IMG/VR virus record: IMGVR_UViG_2724679538_000004
Coordinates: 32,001 to 96,000 of that record
Source of the DNA: a virus
Taxonomy: Duplodnaviria > Heunggongvirae > Uroviricota > Caudoviricetes
Length of the DNA: 64,000 nt
Strand: one strand, 5' to 3'
In this document: piece by piece, positions 9,470 through 20,407 of the stretch
How the letters are laid out: every line of letters begins with the position of its first letter
How positions within the stretch are numbered: position 1 is the first letter of the stretch
Translations under genes and position numbers: made by a program
Notes under the pieces: model-generated
What the model saw: only the letters and a program-made list of their open reading frames with translations
Databases searched by the model: none
Told to the model about the DNA's origin: nothing

Positions 9470-10525
9470 CTATTTGCGAGTCTTTGCCTTGCGCAACTCT
9501 TCGAGAAGCGCCAGTTCTTCTTTACTCAACATGACCATTTTGCCTTCTTTTTCGTCAGGCGCAACGTCGATAATGTCATCTTGATTCTCATCTGGGAGGC
9601 TATATTCCGTCTCATCATTATCGATTTTTGTTGATATTTGTGCCTGGCGTAACTTTGGCCGCCTATAGTGGATGACGAAGTAGACCGAGTTTCCGCGCTT
9701 AACTTCCGTGTAATCGAGATATCCTATCTCTCGCAGCTGTTCCATAGCCTTTCTTACCGTCGCATTCTGAGTAATAGTGCGACTTGTCAGATTAAGTCTG
9801 GCGCGTAAACGGGCTAGTGATATTGGTGCCGGATCAGGCGGCAAACTTTCAATAAAAGTATAAAGCGCCTGAGCGGATTCTTTTCTTGAGAGTTCGTTTA
9901 TAGCCCGGAGTTGCAGAAGAACCTTTTTGTCGAACTGGTAGAGTTCGAAAATCTTGGGATCTGCTTTCAGTTCGACCGTATCGTGCTTGACACTATATTT
10001 TGCCGTTTGCACAAGATGCGTTACGTAAAACTCATCAGAGCCTTTGCTACGGAACGAGATGGTATTTGTGGCAATACGGCTTAGCGAACTGTCCAGGCGT
10101 TTGCGTAACTTCGCTGATGACCTGGCGGTCGGAATGCCACACAGCCTTACAAACTCAACGAACGGCAACGTGACGGTATCGCCAACGACCTTGTGTTTGG
10201 CAAACGCGTGGATTATTCCCACCCACGTTTTAAAGTCGTTATCCATATCAAGCCGAAGGCCAGAGATCCTTATGTCTTCGTACCCTTCTGCTTTTGCCAG
10301 AGACAGCTGTTTGAGTTCAGCAGAGGCATCCATAGAGACCATTTGCCCCTTTCTTCCTCTGGATGTCGATTTCAGCGTCGGAACGAAGAGGCCCAGACGC
10401 ATCAAAGCAACAGGCTGAACAGTGTTATTAGTGTTAGGAACCAACGTAACAACTTCGCCTGTCTTTTTATCTGTTTCTGAAAATGCTTCAACGATCGCTA
10501 TGTTTTTATTGCCGTTTTCGCTCAT
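9470..10525 (-). CDS. repA: plasmid-type replication initiator RepA (iteron-binding, winged-helix)
   Basis: 351-aa protein flanked on both sides by iteron arrays; basic C-terminus; architecture matches P1/F-type replicons. Confidence 0.75.
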   Translation of the reverse strand: MSENGNKNIAIVEAFSETDKKTGEVVTLVPNTNNTVQPVALMRLGLFVPTLKSTSRGRKGQMVSMDASAELKQLSLAKAEGYEDIRISGLRLDMDNDFKTWVGIIHAFAKHKVVGDTVTLPFVEFVRLCGIPTARSSAKLRKRLDSSLSRIATNTISFRSKGSDEFYVTHLVQTAKYSVKHDTVELKADPKIFELYQFDKKVLLQLRAINELSRKESAQALYTFIESLPPDPAPISLARLRARLNLTSRTITQNATVRKAMEQLREIGYLDYTEVKRGNSVYFVIHYRRPKLRQAQISTKIDNDETEYSLPDENQDDIIDVAPDEKEGKMVMLSKEELALLEELRKAKTRK

Positions 10526-10570
10526 TCCAAATGTCTCTTGTTATTCGACGGCTTTGGTGGCCTTTGCTGA

Positions 10571-10695
10571 TTACAGTGGATAGTAGCACTCATCACAGCG
10601 GTTATCCTACCGTCTATAGTGGTTTTTCTCCTCTCTATAGTGGTTGCTTTGCTCCCTATAGTGGATTATTTGCTCTCTATAGTGGATATCGATCA
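10571..10695. repeat. iteron array, 4-5 direct repeats of about 21 bp (core CTCTATAGTGG) upstream of repA
   Basis: ctatagtggtttttctcctctctatagtggttgctttgctccctatagtggattatttgctctctatagtggatat. Confidence 0.8.
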
Positions 10696-10699
10696 TGTC

Positions 10700-10955
10700 T
10701 GAAGGCAGATGGCACAACGGTTTGAGGTGGGCGGGGATCTTATTGGGTCTTTATGGGTCTCTTTGGTTCTCTTTGTGATCTGAATTACTGGATCGGGCCT
10801 GTGGATAAAAATCAGAGGATTACAAGAACAGGTAACTCTACTCTTCTGTGGATATTTAAGGACATAAGAATCATGACTAAGAGTAGAGTTTAAAATATAT
10901 CTATGTGTATCAGTATGTTAATGAAGAATTAAGTCATTAAGTTATCCATAAAAGA
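10700..10955. promoter_or_regulatory. AT-rich origin spacer with DnaA-box-like 9-mers (TGTGGATAA at 10800-10808; TGTGGATAT at 10855-10863; TTATCCATA at 10942-10950) and GGGTCT(C)TTT repeats
   Basis: Matches to the DnaA box consensus TTATCCACA on either strand, lying between two iteron arrays. Confidence 0.55.
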
Positions 10956-10961
10956 CAATGT

Positions 10962-11075
10962 GCTCTACTCTCTACAGTGGATATATACAGCTCTCCAGAG
11001 TGGTTGTTTTACTCTTCATAGCGGTTATTCTGCTCTCTACAGAGGTTACTTTGCTCTCCATAGTGGATGGCAACA
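10962..11075. repeat. iteron array, about 5 direct repeats (CTCTACAGTGG / CTCCAGAGTGG / CTCCATAGTGG)
   Basis: Direct repeats at about 22-bp spacing. Confidence 0.75.
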
Positions 11076-11100
11076 CCCTTTCAGACCAGTAACCGCAACG

Positions 11101-11165
11101 CCTGGAGGCGATCGGGGATCTCTTTGGATCTTCTGTTTGATCTTACTTGGGATCTCTTATTTGGA
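11101..11165. promoter_or_regulatory. cluster of GATC (Dam) sites in short direct repeats, typical of oriC/P1 oriR-type origins
   Basis: GGGGATCTCTTTGGATCTTCTGTTTGATCTTACTTGGGATCTCTTATTTGGATCTATCC has five GATC in about 60 bp. Confidence 0.55.
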
Positions 11166-11268
11166 TCTATCCAGTGGATAACTGGGATAAGTAAAACAGG
11201 CAAATGCAGATTAAGGTATGCCTAATGAGTTATCGTAGCATCGGCTAATAACTACTGAAAAAACGATT

Positions 11269-11913
11269 ATGGATCTAAAACGCACGCGCTGGGTTCGTCG
11301 TCTTGAGGACGGCTCCTACACCATCGAATCAAATTCCAACCTGAATAAGCAGAAGTTACTTTGTGATATCTGCGGTATAGCAGCGAAGTGCCCGATCTAC
11401 GAAACCAGAATTAAACTTGATAAGGCTGGTGTGAACTTTCATTTGAATAGTTGTATCAGGTACGTTCCATTGCTCGCATTTCGTAAACCGATCATCGGAT
11501 TGGATGCGCCCTACTTCAACACACTCCGTTCAGGAGTAACGTGGCGAGATCGTTTATCACCAGACAAACTGATTTGCCTTGTATCCGCAGATACAGGAAA
11601 AATCATCCGTTTTGGGAAAGTAGACAAGGTTTACTCAGGCCCAGTTGACGAGATGTTGCGGAAACACAGCCGGTTTAATCACCTCTGCATGGGTGGTGAG
11701 AAAATCGAGAAAGTTGAAGAAGTGATCCGCAAATCCTACGGACACTTCCTGACCAAAGATAGCCTGCTCACTGCAATCTACATCAGACATGTAAAACGTG
11801 AGTTCGACCTTGAATACCATAGCGAAGAAGAACTGAACCTTGTCGATCCACGTCCTAAAGCTGGCGTCATAAACATAAACGCAGCGCGTAAAAAGCCCAC
11901 TGACGCACTGTAA
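11269..11913 (+). CDS. hypothetical protein
   Basis: 214-aa ORF; CDICG...C motif near the N-terminus; no fold recognised. Confidence 0.55.
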   Translation: MDLKRTRWVRRLEDGSYTIESNSNLNKQKLLCDICGIAAKCPIYETRIKLDKAGVNFHLNSCIRYVPLLAFRKPIIGLDAPYFNTLRSGVTWRDRLSPDKLICLVSADTGKIIRFGKVDKVYSGPVDEMLRKHSRFNHLCMGGEKIEKVEEVIRKSYGHFLTKDSLLTAIYIRHVKREFDLEYHSEEELNLVDPRPKAGVININAARKKPTDAL

Positions 11914-12167
11914 CCCTCCAGAACGCATAATGGCGTAGAGTTTAACTACGCCTCATCAAAATCGCTCTCATGACGTTCTACAGTGTCACTGTCTGATTTT
12001 TAGCCACATATAAAAGCAAAGTTACGCCATTTGGAATAGGTATATACTTACTTATAAATCTTGTATATTAAGGCGCTCGTTTCATTCCTAACATACCGTT
12101 ATGCATAGTTGTTTACCTTCTTATTACTCTTAAAATTTGTATCAAAATAACCACAAAGGAAAAACAC

Positions 12168-13253
12168 ATGACTTTGCCATACGGCGTCATTTCTGACTGC
12201 CACTACCACAAATGGGATGCGTTCTCCACGACGAACGCTGAGGGGCTTAACTCCAGACTTGAAATACAGTTGGAAGCAACGAAAGAAGCAGCCATCGCCA
12301 TGAAGAAGGCCGGTTGTAAGTACATGTTGGTTGCCGGTGATACATTTCACGTCCGAGGAACTGTGTCCCCTTCTGTTCTGCATTACGTAACTGAAACGTA
12401 CAAGTGGATTATCAATGAGCTTGATTTGACAGTAGTAATGCTGGCCGGTAATCACGATCTTGAAACTAACGATTCAGTATATAGCGCCAACGCAGCGGCA
12501 TCGCTGAGTTCTATCGGCGTGGTAATCGTATGTGGCAAGCGCCCACACTCAATCAAAATCGGTGATGTCACTGTTCATCTGATTAGCTGGCGTAACAATC
12601 ATGCGGAGCTTATCAGCGATCTGAAAGCATTACGCAAAAGCGTAGAAGGCGACAACCACGACGTGGTTATCCATACATCCATTAACAAAGCCATTCCAAC
12701 AATGCCTGACGTCGGTATCGACGCGCAGGAGCTAAAGGATATCGGTTTTCGTCTTGTACTTAGTGGGCATTACCACAATCACAAAGAAGTCATTCCTGGA
12801 GTTATCAGTGTCGGTGCACTGACTCATCAGAATTGGGGAGATGTTGGATCTCTGGCGGGATATATGATCGTAAACCCAGACGGCAGTTTCAGTCACTACG
12901 AAACCAGTGCGCCTAAATTCATTAACCTGGAAGATGATGTTGCTGATGACCAGATTCGCGGCAACTACGTGCGCTTCCGTGCCGTAATCGAGAACGACGA
13001 GGAAGGCATTAAGTACCAGAATATCCTCAAAACAATGGGTGCGAAAGGTGTTGTGTGCAACTTCATCCGTAAATCATCAATGATGGAAGGTACAGCCAGC
13101 ACAACTGAAACCAGCAAAATTGATAGCCTGGGAGAGTCTGTATCTGCTTACTGCAAAATTGTTCACGATACTGACGGTGGTTTTGAACTAAGCAAGCTGG
13201 ACACCTTGTGTCAGGAGATCCTTACCGAAGCTGAGAGTTCGGAGACCGTATGA
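12168..13253 (+). CDS. SbcD/Mre11-like nuclease (calcineurin-type phosphoesterase; T4 gp47-like)
   Basis: Metallophosphatase motifs GVISDCHYH, VAGDTFH, LAGNHD; AAAGGAAAAACAC before the ATG. Confidence 0.8.
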   Translation: MTLPYGVISDCHYHKWDAFSTTNAEGLNSRLEIQLEATKEAAIAMKKAGCKYMLVAGDTFHVRGTVSPSVLHYVTETYKWIINELDLTVVMLAGNHDLETNDSVYSANAAASLSSIGVVIVCGKRPHSIKIGDVTVHLISWRNNHAELISDLKALRKSVEGDNHDVVIHTSINKAIPTMPDVGIDAQELKDIGFRLVLSGHYHNHKEVIPGVISVGALTHQNWGDVGSLAGYMIVNPDGSFSHYETSAPKFINLEDDVADDQIRGNYVRFRAVIENDEEGIKYQNILKTMGAKGVVCNFIRKSSMMEGTASTTETSKIDSLGESVSAYCKIVHDTDGGFELSKLDTLCQEILTEAESSETV

Positions 13254-13468
13254 CCAGTAAATATTACGGAAGGATCAGATGGTGCACCGGGGCCATGACG
13301 CGTTTGCGCCGCGGCGAAGTCGTAATGGTTCAGAAATCGAACTTCAAAAATGATGCTCGTCTTTTGAAATATCTTAATAGCCTCGCCAGAAAAGGCCTGC
13401 TGGACAGCACTGATTTTCCTTCACACAAAGAATTTCGCATGACCGAAGAGCAAAAAAGTCGTTTCTGA
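13250..13468 (+). CDS. hypothetical protein
   Basis: 72-aa basic ORF between the SbcD-like and SbcC-like genes. Confidence 0.4.
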   Translation: MTSKYYGRIRWCTGAMTRLRRGEVVMVQKSNFKNDARLLKYLNSLARKGLLDSTDFPSHKEFRMTEEQKSRF

Positions 13469-13477
13469 GAGGCGTTA

Positions 13478-15394
13478 ATGAAATTTCTAAAACTCCAGGT
13501 AGAAAATTTTATGGCGCTGGCAAGCGCCGAAGTAGATTTAGACCAACGAGGCTTGGTACTCATTCAGGGTGTTAACAGCGGCGATTCTTCTGCGGCCAGC
13601 AATGGCGCTGGTAAATCTACTTTGATGAACAGCCTGATGTGGTGTCTGTATGGCGAAACTGCGCATGGAGTCAAAGGTGACGACGTGCTGTCTACAGGCT
13701 ACGAGAAAAACTGTCGTGTAATGGTGACTGTTGAGGATGAAGGCAAGAGATACGCGATCATTCGTCACCGTAAACACAAAGAGTTCAAGAACCGGCTGAT
13801 CATCCGCGGTGAAGACGGTGACATGACCAAAGGCAAGGACACGCTGACGCAGGAGTTCGTTGAACGTCTGATTGGTGCATCGAAAGAGGTGTTCATGGCG
13901 TCTATCTACGCCAGTCAGGAAGCAATGCCAGATCTACCTGGGATGTCCGACAAAAACCTCAAAACCATCGTAGAAGAGGCCGCTGGTGTAGACAGACTAA
14001 CACGCGCTTACGCCATCGCTCGTGAACGTGCTAATGCAGCTGCCGCACGAATGGATGTTGTCAAAACCAAAATAGAGTCGGCCATTTCCACTATTGAGTC
14101 CACACAGTCCGAAATTGATTCCGCAAAAGCCTCTTCTGAGTCATGGGAAAAAGAACGTTCTAAGCGCTATGACGATGCCCTGGCTGGGTTGGCCAGTGCC
14201 GAGGTCGAATTAACGGAAGTCGAGCTTGAGATCCGCACTCTTCCCGAGCAAATCCGTGATACCGAGAAGGCAATCGAAAGTGAGCGCAATAAATTGGCAT
14301 CAAAAGAAGAGCATGATGCTAAGTTGCTCAAAGTTCGAGGTGCGATAACTGACATTCGGTCCAGCATCAAAGCTACAGAAAGAAGCCAAAATGACGCGAT
14401 GAATCGTGCCCGTAGTTTCAAAAACAAAGCGGAAGAGGTCAACACTAAAGTTGGCGCTCCATGCCCAACGTGTGGCAAAGCTTACTGCGAGGAAGATTTG
14501 TCAACCGTGAAGGAAAGCTTCATCGAACAAGCGCGGCAGGAGATTGGGCAGGCGAAAACGCTGGCTGAGACTATGGCTAAGCACAAATCGCATCTTGAGA
14601 AAGCATTAGGCATCGAAGCTGCTCTCGTCAAAGCCACACCTGATGTGAGCGCCATCATTACCAGAATCGAAGAGCTTACGAAGCAACTTTCTTCTCTACG
14701 CCATCGGGAGAAAGAGGTTGCTGCTATTGAGTCGCTTGTTGCTCGTGCTCGTGCTGATGTTGAGCGGATCACCAAAGAGATTAACCCGTTTATTGCTCTT
14801 ATCGCGAGACACGAGGAAAGCCTTGCGACACGCAAATCAGCGTACAAGTCATTGAAAGACGAATTGAAGGCCATTCAGGAGCAATCATTGCTGTTAGAGA
14901 AAGCTCGTCAGGTTTATTCGCCAGCAGGGGTACGCTCTCACATTTTGACGTCAGTTACGCCCTTCCTTAATGCACGTACCGCTGAGTATCTCAATACGTT
15001 GTCTGACGGGAATATTACTGCTGAGTGGTCGACGATGGATGTCACTAAAAAAGGTGAGTATCGCGACAAATTCAACATTAGTGTGCAGAAGAAAGGTTCA
15101 AGTAAGTCGTTCCAGACCCTCTCTGGTGGTGAGAAGCGGAAGGTTCGCATTGCGTGTTCTTTGGCATTGCAAGATCTGGTCAGTAACCGGGCGAGTAAAA
15201 ACATCGATTTGTTTATCGGCGACGAAATTGACGATGCACTCGATACAGCCGGTCTTGAGCGCCTCATGGGTATTCTGGAGTCCAAAGCTCGCGAGCGGGG
15301 TACTGTGCTGATTATCTCCCATAAAGAGATGAAGTCATGGTTCCGGGAAACGATCACTGTCGAAGTTAAAGAGGGGCGCAGCTATGTCGTTTAA
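13478..15394 (+). CDS. SbcC/Rad50-like ATPase (T4 gp46-like)
   Basis: Walker A NGAGKST, central coiled coil with zinc-hook CPTCG, ABC signature LSGGEKRKV, Walker B DLFIGDEIDDALD. Confidence 0.85.
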   Translation: MKFLKLQVENFMALASAEVDLDQRGLVLIQGVNSGDSSAASNGAGKSTLMNSLMWCLYGETAHGVKGDDVLSTGYEKNCRVMVTVEDEGKRYAIIRHRKHKEFKNRLIIRGEDGDMTKGKDTLTQEFVERLIGASKEVFMASIYASQEAMPDLPGMSDKNLKTIVEEAAGVDRLTRAYAIARERANAAAARMDVVKTKIESAISTIESTQSEIDSAKASSESWEKERSKRYDDALAGLASAEVELTEVELEIRTLPEQIRDTEKAIESERNKLASKEEHDAKLLKVRGAITDIRSSIKATERSQNDAMNRARSFKNKAEEVNTKVGAPCPTCGKAYCEEDLSTVKESFIEQARQEIGQAKTLAETMAKHKSHLEKALGIEAALVKATPDVSAIITRIEELTKQLSSLRHREKEVAAIESLVARARADVERITKEINPFIALIARHEESLATRKSAYKSLKDELKAIQEQSLLLEKARQVYSPAGVRSHILTSVTPFLNARTAEYLNTLSDGNITAEWSTMDVTKKGEYRDKFNISVQKKGSSKSFQTLSGGEKRKVRIACSLALQDLVSNRASKNIDLFIGDEIDDALDTAGLERLMGILESKARERGTVLIISHKEMKSWFRETITVEVKEGRSYVV

Positions 15395-16112
15395 ATTAAG
15401 CCGCTCGCAGTTTTTGCAGGTGTTTGCGGTGATGCAGTCAATAAAACTGATCAATGAACATACCTACAATGGTGCGGCACCAGGCATTATGTGGGGCAGC
15501 AATAATATCGACAAAGCGCAATTTGCTCAGTTGATTGGCCTAATATCCGAGACACCATTGATGCAAAGTTTGAAATCCCTGCCGTCTGGATGTACTGCCC
15601 CGATCTTGATCAATCCTTTTGTTGAAGGTGGATATATTCCCGACACCGGACCTGGGTTTATTGCAACCCATGAAAATGAAGGTCTTAACATTAAAAGCGA
15701 CGCGTACTTTGGGGCAATGGATGCACATATCTGTATGGCTTTCACGAACCTTATTCGATTTGCCAATAAGCGAGCGGATAGTTTGGCATCGCCAGGTGAT
15801 GGTTTTACCGGTTTCCTTATCGAAAGAAGGGATAAAAAGTACAGTGCGGACAAACTACAGTTCATTGGGAAGTATGGAGAAAATGCAGAAATCGAACTAC
15901 AGCTACCTCATGTTTTAGCAAACAATAGCGCAGACAGTAGGCTGTTGATGGATATCATGCGTCATTTCATTCTGGAAAGCGTTAAACATGTCGACGATAA
16001 GGCCGTCGCGCACAATACCGAATCTTTTGACTTCGCAACATTGCAAACGGCAACAGTGGTCAAATCGTTAGAGACGAGATTATTGGAAAACCCTGTATGG
16101 GGAACATGGTAA
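15384..16112 (+). CDS. hypothetical protein
   Basis: 242-aa ORF overlapping the SbcC-like stop. Confidence 0.55.
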   Translation: MSFKLSRSQFLQVFAVMQSIKLINEHTYNGAAPGIMWGSNNIDKAQFAQLIGLISETPLMQSLKSLPSGCTAPILINPFVEGGYIPDTGPGFIATHENEGLNIKSDAYFGAMDAHICMAFTNLIRFANKRADSLASPGDGFTGFLIERRDKKYSADKLQFIGKYGENAEIELQLPHVLANNSADSRLLMDIMRHFILESVKHVDDKAVAHNTESFDFATLQTATVVKSLETRLLENPVWGTW

Positions 16113-16121
16113 GGAGGCCAT

Positions 16122-16691
16122 ATGAGTAAAAAAATCAGCGTAGTTGGTGTAGACCCTTCAATGAGCAACTTTGGGCTTGCTGTGGGCACTTTAGACCTTG
16201 AAACGGACGAACTTGAGATTCAAGGCCTTACTCTTGTGGAAACTAAAGCGGGAAGCAACAAAAAGACGGTCCGCGTAAACAGCGACGATCTGCGCCGCGC
16301 GAACGAAATCTGGCGTGCAGCCAAGCCCATAATCGAGAAGGCTCAGATGGTGTTTTGCGAATTGCCGGTTGGTAGCCAGTCCAGTCGTGCGCAAACTTCA
16401 TACGGCATCTGCATTGGCGTACTAGCGTGTGTGGACAAGCCATTGATACAGGTCACACCAAACGAAATCAAACATTTTGTCGGTAACAAACTTACTACGT
16501 CGAAAGAAGAAATTATCCAGTGGGCTACGAAAAAACACCCTAAAGCACCGTGGTTGCGTCGTAAGCAATCTGGACAGGATGTGCTCGTGAATAAAAACGA
16601 ACATTTGGCTGATGCTGTGGCAGCCATCCATACCGGTATGCAAACAGATCAGTTCCGTCAGGTACGTGAAATGCTCAAGTCACTTATATAA
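16122..16691 (+). CDS. RuvC-like Holliday-junction resolvase
   Basis: VVGVDPSMSNFGLAV (RuvC motif I-like), FCELPVGSQ, and C-terminal EHLADAVAAIHTG resembling the RuvC catalytic Asp region. Confidence 0.6.
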   Translation: MSKKISVVGVDPSMSNFGLAVGTLDLETDELEIQGLTLVETKAGSNKKTVRVNSDDLRRANEIWRAAKPIIEKAQMVFCELPVGSQSSRAQTSYGICIGVLACVDKPLIQVTPNEIKHFVGNKLTTSKEEIIQWATKKHPKAPWLRRKQSGQDVLVNKNEHLADAVAAIHTGMQTDQFRQVREMLKSLI

Positions 16692-16699
16692 ACCAGATT

Positions 16700-16720
16700 G
16701 ATAGGTAAGTACTTATCTAT
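16700..16720. repeat. intergenic palindrome GATAGGTAAGTACTTATCTAT (family member)
   Basis: Between the RuvC-like gene and nrdA. Confidence 0.75.
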
Positions 16721-16765
16721 TAACATGGGCCACTACATTTAGTGGCCCTTTTTATTTGGTGATAC

Positions 16766-19081
16766 ATGATAAGCATCGTAAAACGTAACGGCCAAACAGA
16801 GCCGTTATCCGAAGAAAAATACAACCGCGTCGTAATGTATGGCGTAGAAGGTATTCGTGGCGTAAGCGCATCAGCTGTAGCAATGGGAGCTGCGGCCAGT
16901 ATTTTTGATGGGATGACCACCAGCCAGTTGCATGAGGCTTTGGTTAAATCTGCTGCGGACCTAATCTCTCCAGAGACACCAAACTACTCACAAGTAGCCG
17001 CACGTCTGAACATTTTCAAAATCCGCAAGCATGCATTCGGTCAATACGACTATCCGAATTTCTATCAACACATTGTTAAAAATGTCAACAAAGGCGTTTA
17101 TGACGCAGATCTACTGAAATACTACTCGGTCGAAGAAATAGAGGAGCTTGGCATATACATTAAGCCTAAGCGTGATGAGCTTTTTGGTTATGCAGCTACT
17201 GTTCAGCTACATAGCAAATACCTTGTCCAGAATCGTGTGACTGGAGAAATCTACGAGGGGCCACAACATATTTATATGCTGGTGGGCATGTGTCTGTTCC
17301 AGAATTGGGAAGACGACTGCGCTGGCAAAACTCGTATGGAGATGGTCAAAGGCTTCTATGACATCACCAGTACGTTCAAATTGTCCTTGCCGACCCCAAT
17401 CATGGCAGGCGTTCGTACTCCTACTCGCCAGTTCTCCAGTTGTGTGCTGATTGAGTCTGGGGATAGTCTGAAAGGGATTAGTGCAGCTTCAGCCGCAATT
17501 ATCGACTACGTTTCACGTCGTGCTGGAATTGGTATTGGTTTTGGCCGCATACGTGCGCTGGGAAGTGAGATCCGCAATGGTGAAGCCACCCATACCGGAG
17601 TTCTTCCATTCCTGAAGCATTTCCAGACTGCTGTTAAATCTTGCTCGCAAGGTGGTGTTCGTGGTGGAGCAGCAACAGCGTTTTACCCGATCTGGCATCT
17701 TGAAGTTGAAAGTCTGCTGGTGGTGAAAAACAACCGAGGTATCGAGGAAAACCGTGTTCGCCATCTTGATTACGGAGTAATGATCAATCGCCTCATGTAT
17801 CGCCGACTTGTTCGAGGCGAGAACATTACTCTGTTCAGTCCGCATGATGTGCCTGATATGTACGAAGCCTTCTTTACAGATCAGGATCTGTTTGAAAAGC
17901 TGTACCATAAATACGAAGCCGATGATTCAATCCGCAAGAAGTCAGTACCTGCCGTTGAGCTGTTTTCATCTCTGATGCAGGAACGAGCGTCCACTGGCCG
18001 CATTTATATTGCGAACGTCGACCATATTAATGAGCATGGTGCTTTTATTCCTGCTCTTGCACCTGTTCGTCAGTCAAACCTGTGCATGGAGATCACCCTA
18101 CCCACTCGTCCACTGACATTTACCGACGATCCGAACGGTGAGATCGCGCTGTGCACTTTATCAGCTTTTAACCTAGGAGCCATCCGTTCACTGGAGTCTC
18201 TTAAAGAGGTTGCGTTCTATGCCGTGGCTGCACTGGATTCGCTACTGGATTATCAAGACTATCCGATGGATGCAGCGAAAGTGCCTGCCAAAGCTCGTCG
18301 TAGCCTGGGGATTGGTGTAACCAACTTTGCTTATTACCTGGCAAAGAATGGCGTTCGTTATTCTGATACCGCTGGCAATAAACTGGTGCATGAAACGTTT
18401 GAAGCTATCCAGTATTACCTTCTTGATGCCAGTTGCCGACTTGCGGAAGCAAAAGGTGAATGTGACTGGTTTGAGCAGACCAGGTACGCAATTGGCCAGT
18501 TGCCGATCGACCACTACCGTTCTTCATTAGACGAAAGTGACGAAACTAACTTTGAATTAAAGATGCCGTGGGAAGAACTGCGTGAACGAATTGCAAAACA
18601 CGGCCTTCGCAATTCCACGCTGACGGCACAAATGCCATGTGAGACTTCCAGCCAGATCACTAACTCCACCAACGGCATTGAACCGCCTCGTGGCCCGGTG
18701 TCAGTGAAATCTTCTAAGGACGGCATCGTCAAGATGGTCGTGCCTGAGTTTGAAAAATTGAAGGAACAGTATGAATACCTGTGGGATATGCCGGACAACC
18801 GCGGCTATCTGACAAAGGTGGCGATCATCCAGAAGTTCTTCGACCAGGCTATTTCAGCCAATACCAACTATGACCCTTCTCGCTTTGAAGGCGATAAAGT
18901 TCCAATGATGACGCTACTGTCAGATTTGCTTCTTGCCTACAAGATGGGAGTTAAAACGCTTTACTACCACAACACCAGAGATGGTGCAGGAAAGCGTGAT
19001 GACGACGAACCGCAGAATCCACTGGCGCAAGCTGTAGCCGTCGAGCCAGAAGATGAGTGCGACGGAGCCTGCAAAATCTGA
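16766..19081 (+). CDS. nrdA: ribonucleoside-diphosphate reductase large subunit (class Ia NrdA)
   Basis: 771 aa; N-terminal ATP-cone-like IVKRNGQTEPLSEEKYNRVV; directly upstream of the NrdB-like gene. Confidence 0.9.
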   Translation: MISIVKRNGQTEPLSEEKYNRVVMYGVEGIRGVSASAVAMGAAASIFDGMTTSQLHEALVKSAADLISPETPNYSQVAARLNIFKIRKHAFGQYDYPNFYQHIVKNVNKGVYDADLLKYYSVEEIEELGIYIKPKRDELFGYAATVQLHSKYLVQNRVTGEIYEGPQHIYMLVGMCLFQNWEDDCAGKTRMEMVKGFYDITSTFKLSLPTPIMAGVRTPTRQFSSCVLIESGDSLKGISAASAAIIDYVSRRAGIGIGFGRIRALGSEIRNGEATHTGVLPFLKHFQTAVKSCSQGGVRGGAATAFYPIWHLEVESLLVVKNNRGIEENRVRHLDYGVMINRLMYRRLVRGENITLFSPHDVPDMYEAFFTDQDLFEKLYHKYEADDSIRKKSVPAVELFSSLMQERASTGRIYIANVDHINEHGAFIPALAPVRQSNLCMEITLPTRPLTFTDDPNGEIALCTLSAFNLGAIRSLESLKEVAFYAVAALDSLLDYQDYPMDAAKVPAKARRSLGIGVTNFAYYLAKNGVRYSDTAGNKLVHETFEAIQYYLLDASCRLAEAKGECDWFEQTRYAIGQLPIDHYRSSLDESDETNFELKMPWEELRERIAKHGLRNSTLTAQMPCETSSQITNSTNGIEPPRGPVSVKSSKDGIVKMVVPEFEKLKEQYEYLWDMPDNRGYLTKVAIIQKFFDQAISANTNYDPSRFEGDKVPMMTLLSDLLLAYKMGVKTLYYHNTRDGAGKRDDDEPQNPLAQAVAVEPEDECDGACKI

Positions 19082-19142
19082 CATATGGTGGGGGATATCC
19101 CCACCTTCTCTTTGATTTGTAAGCCTTGTTTAAACACATAAG

Positions 19143-19160
19143 ATAACAACTTGTTTAAAC
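19143..19160 (+). promoter_or_regulatory. promoter/operator motif ATAACAACTTGTTTAAAC upstream of nrdB
   Basis: AAACAA-N-TTGTTT family member. Confidence 0.45.
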
Positions 19161-19186
19161 ACACCAAAAAGCAAAAGGAAAAACAC

Positions 19187-20329
19187 ATGTCATATTCAAC
19201 GTTCCGTTTGGGTGCTAATGATGCAACCAAAGAGCCTATGTTCCTCGGACAATCTGTCAACGTGGCACGTTACGATCAGCAAAAGTACCGTGATTTTGAA
19301 AAGTTGATTGAACGTCAATTGTCTTTCTTCTGGCGGCCAGAAGAAGTTGATATTTCAAGCGATCGCATCGACTTCAATACGAAGCTGCGGGACCACGAAC
19401 GTCACATTTTCCTGAGTAATCTCCGTTATCAAACGTTACTCGATTCAGTTCAGGGACGTAGCCCAAATGCAACGCTGCTGCCGCTTATCTCTATCCCTGA
19501 ACTGGAAACGTGGATTGAAACGTGGTCTTTCTCTGAGACTATCCATAGCCGCAGCTACACCCACATTATTCGTGGCATGGTGGATGACCCTAGCATTGTT
19601 TTTGACGGTATTGTTACGGATGAAGAAATCATCAACCGAGCGATCAGTATCTCTGCTGAATATGACAGGCTTTATGGGATGACCTGCGATCGCCAGTCGT
19701 TAGGTGAGAAGGAATTTGAGCGTCTGTACGTAAATGAATATGGCTGGGAGCCATACCCTTTGCAACGTCAGCTTTTCCGCACGTTGGTGTCTATTAATGC
19801 GCTTGAGGCGATCCGTTTCTACGTAAGTTTTGCATGTACGTTTGCCTTTGGCGAACGGAAGTTGCTTGAGGGTAACACCAAAATTATGCGCTTTATTGCC
19901 CGTGATGAAGCTCTGCATTGCGAGGGAACAGAACGTATGATCCGCTTCATGCGTACAGGTCGCGAAGGTTTATTGTGGAAAGAGATTGCTGCTGATGAAG
20001 AAAATGTCATTTACGACACCATGAAATCAGTCGCCGAACAAGAAATGAACTGGGCAGACTATCTCTTCAAAGATGGCTCAATGATTGGTTTAAACGCAGA
20101 GATTCTCAAAAGCTACGTAAAGTACCGCACCAATCTGGCTATGAATCGTCTTGGCCTTAAGGCGTTATTCCCAGAAGTTACCAGTGATCCGCTGGTCTGG
20201 ATGAATAAGTGGCTATTGACCGACACACTGCAAATCGCACCACAAGAGGCAGAGCAAAGCACATATCTGGTAGGTCAGATCGATTCTACCGTAGACAAAG
20301 CCTCACTGAGTCAGTTCGCGGACCTGTAA
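19187..20329 (+). CDS. nrdB: ribonucleoside-diphosphate reductase small subunit (NrdB)
   Basis: ATG 19187 with AAAAGGAAAAACAC RBS context; ferritin-like protein of NrdB size immediately downstream of the large-subunit gene. Confidence 0.9.
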   Translation: MSYSTFRLGANDATKEPMFLGQSVNVARYDQQKYRDFEKLIERQLSFFWRPEEVDISSDRIDFNTKLRDHERHIFLSNLRYQTLLDSVQGRSPNATLLPLISIPELETWIETWSFSETIHSRSYTHIIRGMVDDPSIVFDGIVTDEEIINRAISISAEYDRLYGMTCDRQSLGEKEFERLYVNEYGWEPYPLQRQLFRTLVSINALEAIRFYVSFACTFAFGERKLLEGNTKIMRFIARDEALHCEGTERMIRFMRTGREGLLWKEIAADEENVIYDTMKSVAEQEMNWADYLFKDGSMIGLNAEILKSYVKYRTNLAMNRLGLKALFPEVTSDPLVWMNKWLLTDTLQIAPQEAEQSTYLVGQIDSTVDKASLSQFADL

Positions 20330-20407
20330 GCCTATAAATTGCGTTATGTGGCCTGGTAACGCTGGGCCACAATGGAGCACAAGTTCTAATAAAGGAAAGA
20401 AAACGAT

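Noticed and set aside
9037-11075. Direct-repeat arrays that could superficially resemble a CRISPR array
   Set aside because: Repeats are about 21-22 bp units with a palindromic core and little unique spacer, they flank a rep gene and co-occur with DnaA-box-like sites and a GATC cluster; this is an iteron origin, not a CRISPR array, and there are no cas genes.
13538-15357. Antisense ORFs inside the SbcC-like gene (for example 14167..14478, 14482..14874, 14938..15357 on the minus strand)
   Set aside because: They lie entirely within a well-supported + strand gene, lack RBS, and have Ser/Arg/Ala-rich composition typical of antisense frames of a coiled-coil gene. The same reasoning applies to antisense ORFs inside nrdA, nrdB, thyA, the helicase and the ParB-like genes.
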